A DNA stretch of 64,000 bases, from positions 32,001 to 96,000 of IMG/VR virus record IMGVR_UViG_3300029305_000264. One strand, written 5' to 3'. Position 1 is the stretch's first letter, and each line of letters starts with the position of its first letter. Below, one piece after another: positions 15,688 to 23,287 of the stretch. A model generated the notes under the pieces. That model did not search any database, was not told where the DNA came from, and worked only from the letters and a program-made list of their open reading frames with translations. Position numbers and translations under genes: made by a program. This DNA is from a virus.

Positions 15688-17290
15688 ACGGCAGAAGGAA
15701 ATCATGCAGGTACAACTTGACAACGAAAAAGCGGTATTAAAGCAGTTGGAAAGCAATTATGAAGATGCACTTGGGGAAATCAACAGCAAGATTGAATTGT
15801 TGCTATCCCGGCAGGATGCCGATATGCAACATGTTATATACCAAGTAGAGTATCAGAAGGCATTGAAAACGCAGGTGCAGGCTATTCTTGAAACCTTGCA
15901 AACGAACGAATTTGAAACCATATCGGAGTACCTTACAAAGTCCTATGAAGATGGTTTTATTGGCACCATGTACGACTTGCAGGGGCAGGGAATACCGCTT
16001 ATCTTCCCGATAGACCAAGCGCAGGTTGTGGCGGCAGTAATGCACGAAACAAAGCTATCTGAAAGCCTTTATACTGCACTTGGAAAAGATGTTGTGGACC
16101 TGCGGAAGAAGATTGCCGGGGAAATTAGTCGCGGAATATCAACAGGCATGATGTATTCCGAGATTTCCCGGAATATTTCTTCATGGGCGCGTATTCCTAA
16201 GAATAACGCAATGCGGATTGCAAGAACCGAAGGGCATCGCATACAGGAAAGAGCAACGATGGATGCGCATATAAAGGCAAAGGATAAGGGCGCAGATATC
16301 GTGAAAGTATGGAGTGCCGCACTTGATAGCAGGACACGCGACACGCACAGGGAAGTTGACGGAGAAATCCGAGAGGTTGAAGAAGTATTCTCCAATGGTT
16401 TGTTATATCCCGGCGATCCGAGCGGCAGGGCGGAAGAAGTAGTGAACTGCCGTTGCCGATGCAATTCAAAGGCGCGGTGGTTATTGGGCGGAAGCTATAC
16501 CAAATGGAGCGAAGATGCCCCGGTGCTGATTGATGATGAAGGCACAACGCAATTTGCCATTGTGGATGATAGGAATTACGAAGGGTTCAAGAAACAGTAC
16601 AAGCAGGCATCCGAGCGTGTCCGAAGCGGCGTACAAAAGATAAATGATGCTGAAATTAGTATTCCTTTGAAAAAACTACAAAAAAGCGGAATTGAATACA
16701 ATGATGTAAAAGACCTTAAGAAATCACTAACAGATGCCGAAATAATAAGTAGATTGGGCGGCGGTGATATGACAAATGGTTCATGTTCATCGCTTGGGTT
16801 TGCATATATAGGCAATAAGTGCGGATATGATGTCTTGGATTTCAGAGGTGGAGAAAGCCGAAGTTTCTTTGGAAGAAATGGCAACATAAAAGAGATTGCA
16901 GAAATGCCGAATGTTAGAAGTACGATATTAAAAGAATACAATGATTTAAAAGCCGCATCTTCCTTGTTACAATCAATGGAACCAAACAAAGAATATTATT
17001 TATCGACAGGAAACCATGCTTCGATTGTAAAAAGAACAGAATCGGGATATATGTATTTGGAACTGCAATCGGCAACCGGAAACGGATTCAAGGAACTAAC
17101 AACAGATGTTTTGAAAAGAAGATTTGGATGTAAAAAAACTCATACGATTGCAGGCACGAAATATGAATCAACAAATGTATTGATCGAAGCTGAATCACTG
17201 CAAGAAAATGAGGAGTTCAGAAAAATTTTGGGCTATTTAAACACATCAGAAACAGGGCAAAAGAAAGGACTGAAAGGGCATGTTAAGTGA
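15671..17290 (+). CDS. MuF/SPP1 gp7-like head morphogenesis protein fused to a ~220-aa Cys/His C-terminal domain
   Basis: MuF motifs ARTEGHRIQERA and LDSRTRDTHREVDG in aa 1-280. The extension from ~aa 320 carries NGSCSSLGFAY and GNHASIVKR. The start may be TTG 15680. Confidence 0.8.
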   Translation: MLRLNKRQKEIMQVQLDNEKAVLKQLESNYEDALGEINSKIELLLSRQDADMQHVIYQVEYQKALKTQVQAILETLQTNEFETISEYLTKSYEDGFIGTMYDLQGQGIPLIFPIDQAQVVAAVMHETKLSESLYTALGKDVVDLRKKIAGEISRGISTGMMYSEISRNISSWARIPKNNAMRIARTEGHRIQERATMDAHIKAKDKGADIVKVWSAALDSRTRDTHREVDGEIREVEEVFSNGLLYPGDPSGRAEEVVNCRCRCNSKARWLLGGSYTKWSEDAPVLIDDEGTTQFAIVDDRNYEGFKKQYKQASERVRSGVQKINDAEISIPLKKLQKSGIEYNDVKDLKKSLTDAEIISRLGGGDMTNGSCSSLGFAYIGNKCGYDVLDFRGGESRSFFGRNGNIKEIAEMPNVRSTILKEYNDLKAASSLLQSMEPNKEYYLSTGNHASIVKRTESGYMYLELQSATGNGFKELTTDVLKRRFGCKKTHTIAGTKYESTNVLIEAESLQENEEFRKILGYLNTSETGQKKGLKGHVK

Positions 17291-17489
17291 TTTCTATAAA
17301 ATCAATGACAATGACAAGATATGGTGGATAGATGACCTTGAACAAGTCGGGCAGTTCTTGTTTAGCTTTGACAAAAAGAAAATCTATAATCTATTTGCGG
17401 ACTATCCGCACAATATGACGAAGGAAGAAAAAGAAATCTTTGACAAAGAAAATCCATATTGGAAAGAATTTTTCAAAGACAGAAAGTAA
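17280..17489 (+). CDS. Small acidic/aromatic protein (candidate immunity partner)
   Basis: 69 aa. Overlaps the MuF stop by 11 nt. No counterpart after the prophage 2 MuF gene. Confidence 0.45.
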   Translation: MLSDFYKINDNDKIWWIDDLEQVGQFLFSFDKKKIYNLFADYPHNMTKEEKEIFDKENPYWKEFFKDRK

Positions 17490-17497
17490 GGTATTAA

Positions 17498-17524
17498 GGG
17501 CAGTCAATCGGCTGTCCTTTTTGT
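17498..17524 (+). terminator. Intrinsic terminator
   Basis: GGGCAG, 8-nt loop, CTGTCC, then TTTTTGT. Confidence 0.55.
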
Positions 17525-17556
17525 ATGCAAAAAAATAAGAAAGTGAGGTAGAAAAG

Positions 17557-17829
17557 ATGGATTTTACGAATGTAGGAACGGTTGTTGCAATCGTGGTTAT
17601 TTGCTATTTGGTAGGATTGCTTTGCAAGCAGCTTCCGAAGGTAAAGGACAATTTCATTCCGTCCATTGTCGGCATTTTAGGCGGTGTTTTGGGCGTTGTT
17701 GGAATGTTTGTTATCCCGGACTTTCCGGCGAACAATGTACTGGATGCAATCGCAGTCGGTATTGTTTCCGGTTTGGCATCCACAGGAGCAAACCAAGCTG
17801 TAAAACAGATTAAAGAGGGGATGAAGTGA
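17557..17829 (+). CDS. Holin-family membrane protein
   Basis: 90 aa with 2-3 predicted TM segments (VVAIVVICYLVGLL, SIVGILGGVLGVVGMFVI, AIAVGIVSGLAS). Immediately precedes a PG hydrolase gene. Confidence 0.55.
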   Translation: MDFTNVGTVVAIVVICYLVGLLCKQLPKVKDNFIPSIVGILGGVLGVVGMFVIPDFPANNVLDAIAVGIVSGLASTGANQAVKQIKEGMK

Positions 17830-17830
17830 T

Positions 17831-18544
17831 ATGTCTATTAAGATCGGACATGCAGTAATGGACGAAAACGGAAAAGCAGGTTATGGCGGAGAGAAAGCCG
17901 GGGACCAAACCGGGAAAGAGATATGCACCCGGAAATGGTACAACGGCGGATGGAATGTATACCTTGAATGCACAAGCGAAAGACTTGCAAAGAAAGCCGC
18001 ACAGATTATGGAGCAGATTTGCAAGGATTCATCATACGGATATTCACAGCCGCGCAGATGGTTCGGATATAAGTCCATCGTAAAGAATGGCGGTGACATT
18101 TCCAAAGGTTCCGGCGGATTCGATTGTTCTTCCCTTGTTATTTCCTGCTATAAACTTGCCGGATTGAACATTGCGGCGGATGGATATACCGGGAACATGA
18201 GAGCGAAACTTCTTGCAACCGGGAAATTCCGTTTATACCAAGACGAAGAACATCTTGCAAGTGATAAGTTGGCAAAGGTTGGCGGAATCTTCTTGAAGGA
18301 AGGAAGCCATGTTGTAATGGCACTTGAGGACGGAAGCGGAACAAGCAAGATAGACTATTATCCGAAGTACACAGGCAAATCCGGAAGCCTTGTAGATGCG
18401 TTAAACAGCATCGGTGTTGACAGTTCCAAAGGACACCGGGCGCGCATTGCGGAAGTGAATGGAATTGTTGGGTACAGTTACACGGCAGCACAGAACAATA
18501 AAATGCTGAATCTGCTTAAAGCAGGAAAACTTATTAAGATTTAA
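17831..18544 (+). CDS. Peptidoglycan amidohydrolase / NlpC-P60-like hydrolase with C-terminal binding-like module
   Basis: GHAVMDENGKAGYGGEKAGDQTGKE, then FDCSSLV (Cys) and GSHVVM (His). The last ~60 aa are shared with endolysin 37953-38588. Confidence 0.6.
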   Translation: MSIKIGHAVMDENGKAGYGGEKAGDQTGKEICTRKWYNGGWNVYLECTSERLAKKAAQIMEQICKDSSYGYSQPRRWFGYKSIVKNGGDISKGSGGFDCSSLVISCYKLAGLNIAADGYTGNMRAKLLATGKFRLYQDEEHLASDKLAKVGGIFLKEGSHVVMALEDGSGTSKIDYYPKYTGKSGSLVDALNSIGVDSSKGHRARIAEVNGIVGYSYTAAQNNKMLNLLKAGKLIKI

Positions 18545-18570
18545 AAGCATCCTTCGGGGTGCTTTTATTA
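18544..18570 (+). terminator. Intrinsic terminator
   Basis: AAGCATCC, TTCG loop, GGGTGCTT, then TTATTATT. Confidence 0.55.
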
Positions 18571-18723
18571 TTATCGTTTTGTTGGCATCAACAGAACGAT
18601 TGACCGAAGCCCGAAGTCGATTAAAAGCACGGCAAAATTGCCCCGGATGCAGGGCACATATAAAAGGCATCTTGCCTGCGGCGGCACCGCAAATAAAAAC
18701 AGCGGCAAAGAAAGGAAGAAGAT

Positions 18724-19404
18724 ATGGAGTTTTTAAAAGAGTTGTTAGGTGCAGAACTTTTCGCACAGATTGAAAGCAAAATCAACGAACACAACGGCAA
18801 CGAAGCGAACAAGGATAAGCTGATTAAGATTGCAAACCTTGCTTCCGGCGAATATGTCGGCAAGGGAAAGTATGATGCCTTGAATGAATCGTTGAAAGGT
18901 AAGGAAGCGGAACTTTTATCCGCAAACGAGTTGATCGCAGAATTGAAGAAAGGGACCAAGGGAAACGAGGAATTGCAGGGCAAGATTACTGGCTACGAAT
19001 CGCAGGTGGCAGACTTGCAGGCACAGTTGCAGGAAACGAAAATCAAATCCGCAATCAAGGTTGCTTTGCTTTCGGAAAAGGCGGTTGATGTTGATTACTT
19101 GACATTCAAATTGAATGAAAAGCTGAAAGAGAAGGGCGAAACCTTATCACTTGATGAAAACGACAATATCAAGGGTTGGGATGCGTTAAAGGACGGACTG
19201 AAAACGCAGTTCCCGACAATGTTCGAATCTGCGAGTGGTAACAATATGCGCGTTCTTGGTGATAACAGATTACCTTCCGGGGATAACTCCACAGGCGGCA
19301 TCACGCAGGAGCAGTTCGCAAAGATGGGATATCAGAGCAGATTGAAATTGAAGCAGGAACAGCCGGATGTGTACGCACAAATGACTGGCAAAACAAATAA
19401 TTAA
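18724..19404 (+). CDS. Scaffolding protein (GP20-like)
   Basis: MEFLKELLG..L..QIE.K....G.EANKDK, coiled coil. N-terminal two-thirds very similar to 56659-57279. Confidence 0.7.
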   Translation: MEFLKELLGAELFAQIESKINEHNGNEANKDKLIKIANLASGEYVGKGKYDALNESLKGKEAELLSANELIAELKKGTKGNEELQGKITGYESQVADLQAQLQETKIKSAIKVALLSEKAVDVDYLTFKLNEKLKEKGETLSLDENDNIKGWDALKDGLKTQFPTMFESASGNNMRVLGDNRLPSGDNSTGGITQEQFAKMGYQSRLKLKQEQPDVYAQMTGKTNN

Positions 19405-19426
19405 ACGAAAAGAGAGGTAAAAAATT

Positions 19427-20281
19427 ATGGCTACTACTATGTTAGAGAACCTTATCAATGCAGAAGTTATGGCGGATATCATTTCCGCGAAGATTGATTC
19501 CAAGATTGTTGTTACTCCGTTCGCGAAGATTGACACCACCCTTGAAGCAAAGAACGCAGGTGACACTATCACCGTTCCGCAGTTCGCTTACATCGGTGAT
19601 GCAGAGGATGTTGCAGAGGGTATCGAGTGCGGCACCGTACTTCTTACCGCTACTACCACCAATGCAAAGGTTAAGAAGGCAATGAAGGCTGTTGAGTTGA
19701 CCGATGAAGCAGTTCTTTCCGGTTACGGCGATCCGGTAGGCGAAGCAAACGGACAGCTTGCAAAGTCCATCGCATCCAAGGTTGATGCAGATGCAATGGC
19801 AGCATTACAGACTGCACAGCTTAAGTATGACGGAATCGCATCCGCTATTTCTTACTCCGGCATCGTTGATGCGGTTGATATCTTCGAGGAAGAAGTAAAT
19901 TCTCCGAAGGTTATTTTCGTACATCCGAAGCAGGTTACGAAGTTAAGAAAGGATGCAGATTTCCTTGCCGCTGATAAGTTGGCAGAAACCGTTCGTGTAA
20001 GCGGTGCAATCGGTAAGATTTGCGGTTGTGAAGTTGTTCCGTCCAAGAAGGTTCCGGAGAACGAGGGCGGCACCGGATATGTTTGTCCGATTGTTAAGTT
20101 AAACGGTGACAATGAAACCGAGGATGAGAGCCCGGCATTGACCGTTTACAGAAAGCGCAATGTCAATGTTGAAACCGAGCGTTTCAGCCTTGCAAGAAAG
20201 ACTGCGGTTTCCGTTGATGAGATTTACACCGTTGCACTTTCCAATGCTTCCAAGGTAGTTCTTGCAACCTTCAAGAAGTAA
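19427..20281 (+). CDS. Major capsid protein
   Basis: 284 aa. Follows the scaffold gene. Strong RBS and biased codon usage. Not orthologous to the prophage 2 capsid. Confidence 0.65.
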   Translation: MATTMLENLINAEVMADIISAKIDSKIVVTPFAKIDTTLEAKNAGDTITVPQFAYIGDAEDVAEGIECGTVLLTATTTNAKVKKAMKAVELTDEAVLSGYGDPVGEANGQLAKSIASKVDADAMAALQTAQLKYDGIASAISYSGIVDAVDIFEEEVNSPKVIFVHPKQVTKLRKDADFLAADKLAETVRVSGAIGKICGCEVVPSKKVPENEGGTGYVCPIVKLNGDNETEDESPALTVYRKRNVNVETERFSLARKTAVSVDEIYTVALSNASKVVLATFKK

Positions 20282-20299
20282 TGAAAGGGGGCAATCCCT

Positions 20300-20821
20300 A
20301 TGATTATGACCGTTGAGGAATTAAAGCAACGCATAACCACAGACAAGCCGGATGATGTGCTGAAAGGAATGCTTGATGGTATCGAAATGTTTATTCGGAA
20401 CTATACAAACAATAACTTTCAGCACCGGGGCTTCCGGACCGTTGGAACAATCGAGGATGGCAAGTTATATTTGGATGCCGCAATGTTCAAGGTGGGTGAT
20501 ACCATACAGATTTCCGAATCGCATTTCAACGAGGGCTTGTATGTCGTTTCTGAAATCGAAGGGGATGTTGTCACGCTTCCGGGAGCATTGGACGAAACAG
20601 ATGTGCTTGTGACAAAGGTTGTCTATCCGCCGGATGTGAAGATGGGCGTTGCAAATATGATTCAGTGGGATTTGCAATACCGTCCGAAAGTAGGCGTGCA
20701 GTCCGAAACGATTTCCCGGCATACTGTGATGTATTTCAATATGGCGAACGAATGCGCCGCGGACGGATATCCGAAAGCGGTATTGGGTTTTTTGAAGCAA
20801 TACCACAAAGCGCGTTTTTAG
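20300..20821 (+). CDS. Head-tail connector (gp6-like adaptor)
   Basis: MIMTVEELKQRITTDKPDDVL..M. N terminus typical of the connector family. Homologue at 58602-59132. Confidence 0.6.
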   Translation: MIMTVEELKQRITTDKPDDVLKGMLDGIEMFIRNYTNNNFQHRGFRTVGTIEDGKLYLDAAMFKVGDTIQISESHFNEGLYVVSEIEGDVVTLPGALDETDVLVTKVVYPPDVKMGVANMIQWDLQYRPKVGVQSETISRHTVMYFNMANECAADGYPKAVLGFLKQYHKARF

Positions 20822-20832
20822 GGGGTGTTTAC

Positions 20833-21192
20833 ATGATAGGCGGCAACATTAAAGCAGTTTTGCAGGTAAGCACCACCACAAAGAACGAGATAGGCGAAAA
20901 GGTTCCGGCATGGCATGATGTGGTGGAATTGTTCGGTTGGCTTGACTTTAAGGGCGGCGAAGCGAAATACACCACATACAATGCCAAAGTAGACGAATCA
21001 ACGCACCTGTTTATTTGCGATTATTTGCCGATTCCTGCAACTTTAGAAATCGAAGGTAAAACGGTAAGGGTAAGCGCAGAAAATGCGCGTATGGTGGCAA
21101 ATTCGCAGAGATACGATGTAATGCTGATTGACAATCCTATGGGCTTGAATGCACAGTGGGAAATCTATCTGAAGCATACCGGGGGGCAGTGA
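20833..21192 (+). CDS. Head closure protein (SPP1 gp16-like)
   Basis: MIGGNIKAVLQVSTTTKNEIGEKVPAW pattern. Homologue at 59144-59476. Confidence 0.6.
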   Translation: MIGGNIKAVLQVSTTTKNEIGEKVPAWHDVVELFGWLDFKGGEAKYTTYNAKVDESTHLFICDYLPIPATLEIEGKTVRVSAENARMVANSQRYDVMLIDNPMGLNAQWEIYLKHTGGQ

Positions 21193-21194
21193 TT

Positions 21195-21605
21195 ATGGCG
21201 GTGCAATTTACGGACAACAGCGCACATGTAAAAGCGGTATTGAACGATGCTGCGATTGCCTATCTGTACGAAGCCGGAGAATCTTTATCTTCGCAGGTAG
21301 CGGACAATTCGCGCGTTGGTAGCGGACAGCTTAAAGGTTCATGGAATTACAGAGTTGATGAAGGCGAAGGTGTTTGCACCATCGGAAGCCCATTGCAGAA
21401 TGCAATATGGGAAGAATTTGGTACAGGTGATTTCGCACTTCACGGCAACGGCAGAAAAGGCGGTTGGTACTACCAAGACGAGAAGGGCAAGTGGCATCAT
21501 ACCTATGGTAAAAAGCCGCACCGGGCATTCCATCGTGCCTTTATCAGTTTGAAACCTGCCTTGATAAGAAGGGCAAAAGAGGTGCTGAAAGTGAGGATGA
21601 AATGA
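21195..21605 (+). CDS. HK97 gp10-like tail-completion protein
   Basis: SQVADNSRVGSGQLKGSW...SPLQNAIWEEFGTG. Homologue at 59478-59894. Confidence 0.6.
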   Translation: MAVQFTDNSAHVKAVLNDAAIAYLYEAGESLSSQVADNSRVGSGQLKGSWNYRVDEGEGVCTIGSPLQNAIWEEFGTGDFALHGNGRKGGWYYQDEKGKWHHTYGKKPHRAFHRAFISLKPALIRRAKEVLKVRMK

Positions 21606-21994
21606 GCAAAGCAGGATTGAAAATCATATCCGATGCAATGGATTCCTTGGGGCTTGCCTATTCCTTTATGCGTTACGATGTAGCAGAGGATGAAGATGCC
21701 CCGGAAACCTACTTTGTAGGTGAATACCAAGAAATCGAATCAACCGATGAATCCGGCTTGCAGGAAGCATCCTTCCTTCTGTCCGGGTTCACGCGCGGAT
21801 CGTGGCTTGCATTGGAAGATGCGAAAGAAGCAATATCCGCCTATTTTAACAAAGTGGGCGGAAATACAGTCATTGCGGACAATGGTTCCGCAGTGGCTAT
21901 TTTTTATGCAAACAGTTTGGTTGTTCCGACAGAGGATGCCGAACTTAAAAGAATCCAAATCAATTTAGATGTAAAAGAATGGAGCGTGAAATAA
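21602..21994 (+). CDS. Putative tail terminator / structural protein
   Basis: 130 aa. Called by position between the gp10-like and major tail genes. Homologue at 59903-60292. Confidence 0.4.
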   Translation: MSKAGLKIISDAMDSLGLAYSFMRYDVAEDEDAPETYFVGEYQEIESTDESGLQEASFLLSGFTRGSWLALEDAKEAISAYFNKVGGNTVIADNGSAVAIFYANSLVVPTEDAELKRIQINLDVKEWSVK

Positions 21995-22581
21995 TGTACG
22001 AAGAATTAAAGTCTAGCGGTATTACCGCAAAAACTCCGGAGAACATCATGCTTGGTGCAGGCACCATCCATAAGGGCTTGACATTGGCGGATGGCAAGTG
22101 GAATTTTGAAGAATCTCTTATCGGTGCTACTTCCGGCGGTTCCAAGGTAAGCATTGTTCCGGAGTTTATGGATATCGAAGTAGACGGTGCGCTTGTAGCT
22201 GTTAAGGGCTTAAAGCACAAAGTCGGTGAAACGGCAACGATGGAAGTGAACTTTGTTGAAATGACACCGGATATCTTGAAGATGTGCGTTGTTGGTGATG
22301 TTGCGGATTCCACGGTTTACGAAGGCTTTTCCGAAATCACTTCTCGCGCAAGAATCACCGAGGGTGATTACATCGAGAATCTTGCTTATGTAGGCAAAAA
22401 GACCAATGGAACGCCGATCATTATTATCTTCGAGCAGGCAATTTGTACTTCCGGCTTCGAGGTAGAGGGCAAGAACAAGGAAGCAGGCGTATTCACCGGA
22501 ACATTCCAGTGTGTAGCAGATGTTTCCCCGGAAGCAGACACCCTTCCGTGGCGCATTCTTTATCCGAAGCAGACTGCCTAG
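21994..22581 (+). CDS. Major tail protein
   Basis: TAATG start. 195 aa. Called by position before the chaperone pair. Homologue at 60294-60872. Confidence 0.6.
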   Translation: MYEELKSSGITAKTPENIMLGAGTIHKGLTLADGKWNFEESLIGATSGGSKVSIVPEFMDIEVDGALVAVKGLKHKVGETATMEVNFVEMTPDILKMCVVGDVADSTVYEGFSEITSRARITEGDYIENLAYVGKKTNGTPIIIIFEQAICTSGFEVEGKNKEAGVFTGTFQCVADVSPEADTLPWRILYPKQTA

Positions 22582-22606
22582 GATATAAAGTAAAGGAGAT
22601 TGAACA

Positions 22607-22969
22607 ATGGAGAATTACGAATTAAGACCGTTGGTTGCATCCGATATGGGCGCAATCTGTAAGATTATTTCCGCAATCGGAATCCGGGAGTTCAAGGAAT
22701 GCTTCAATGTTGAGGATTTCAAGGGCGAAGCAAAAGATGTTGAGAAAGTCGGTTTGAATGTTTTATTTGACATTGCAGGAATCGTGATTTCTAACATCCC
22801 GAAGGCGGAAAAAGAAATTCAGATGTTCGTTGCAAGTCTTACCGGGATGAAGCAGACGGATATTGCAAAGATGCCGTTTGCAGATTACGGCGAACTTATT
22901 GTTGAGATTGTAATGAAAGAGGATTTCCGCGATTTTTTCGGACGAGTTACGAAGTTGTTCAATCGGTAG
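22607..22969 (+). CDS. Tail assembly chaperone (gpG-like)
   Basis: 120 aa, acidic. Lies directly upstream of an ORF in the -1 frame and of the TMP. Confidence 0.6.
   Translation: MENYELRPLVASDMGAICKIISAIGIREFKECFNVEDFKGEAKDVEKVGLNVLFDIAGIVISNIPKAEKEIQMFVASLTGMKQTDIAKMPFADYGELIVEIVMKEDFRDFFGRVTKLFNR
22933..22939 (+). promoter_or_regulatory. Candidate -1 slippery heptamer T_TTT_TTC
   Basis: In the zero frame of the chaperone gene (gaT TTT TTC). The -1 frame is open from 22906 through ORF 22984-23277. Confidence 0.4.
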
Positions 22970-22983
22970 GATATATCAAATTG

Positions 22984-23277
22984 ATGGACTTGCTATCACA
23001 GAGATATGCAAGTCCATTTTTGATTATGGATGAATTTATCAGATTGCAACAGTTTCACGAATTTGTCTGTGAGATACTGAAAACCATTGCCGATGAAAAG
23101 GTGCATGAAGCGCGGTGGCAGTATTACTTGCATAAAGTTTGGGGGGATATGTCCTTCGATGATTATGTGAGGGAATGCGAAAAGCCGAAGCACGGCGAAC
23201 AGTACATGACAAACGAGGAAATCAGCAATGCGATAAGTGAATCAAGGGATATGTTGAAAGGCTTCGTGCCGGAATAG
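22984..23277 (+). CDS. Tail assembly chaperone second part (gpT-like; possibly made as a G-T fusion)
   Basis: MDLLSQRYASPFLIMDEF.. is conserved with 61303-61584. It is in the -1 frame relative to 22607-22969. Confidence 0.55.
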   Translation: MDLLSQRYASPFLIMDEFIRLQQFHEFVCEILKTIADEKVHEARWQYYLHKVWGDMSFDDYVRECEKPKHGEQYMTNEEISNAISESRDMLKGFVPE

Positions 23278-23287
23278 GAAAATGCTT

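Noticed and set aside
16631-17290. ADP-ribosyltransferase (R-S-E) reading of the MuF C-terminal domain (R392/R397, STG 445-447, EAE 506-508)
   Set aside because: The spacing is roughly compatible, but the motifs are short and degenerate. The Cys/His papain-like motifs are more specific. It is kept only as an alternative for fold searches.
18579-18773. 64-aa Arg-rich + strand ORF
   Set aside because: It has no RBS, runs into the scaffold gene start in another frame, and the region aligns with the non-coding scaffold leader of prophage 2.
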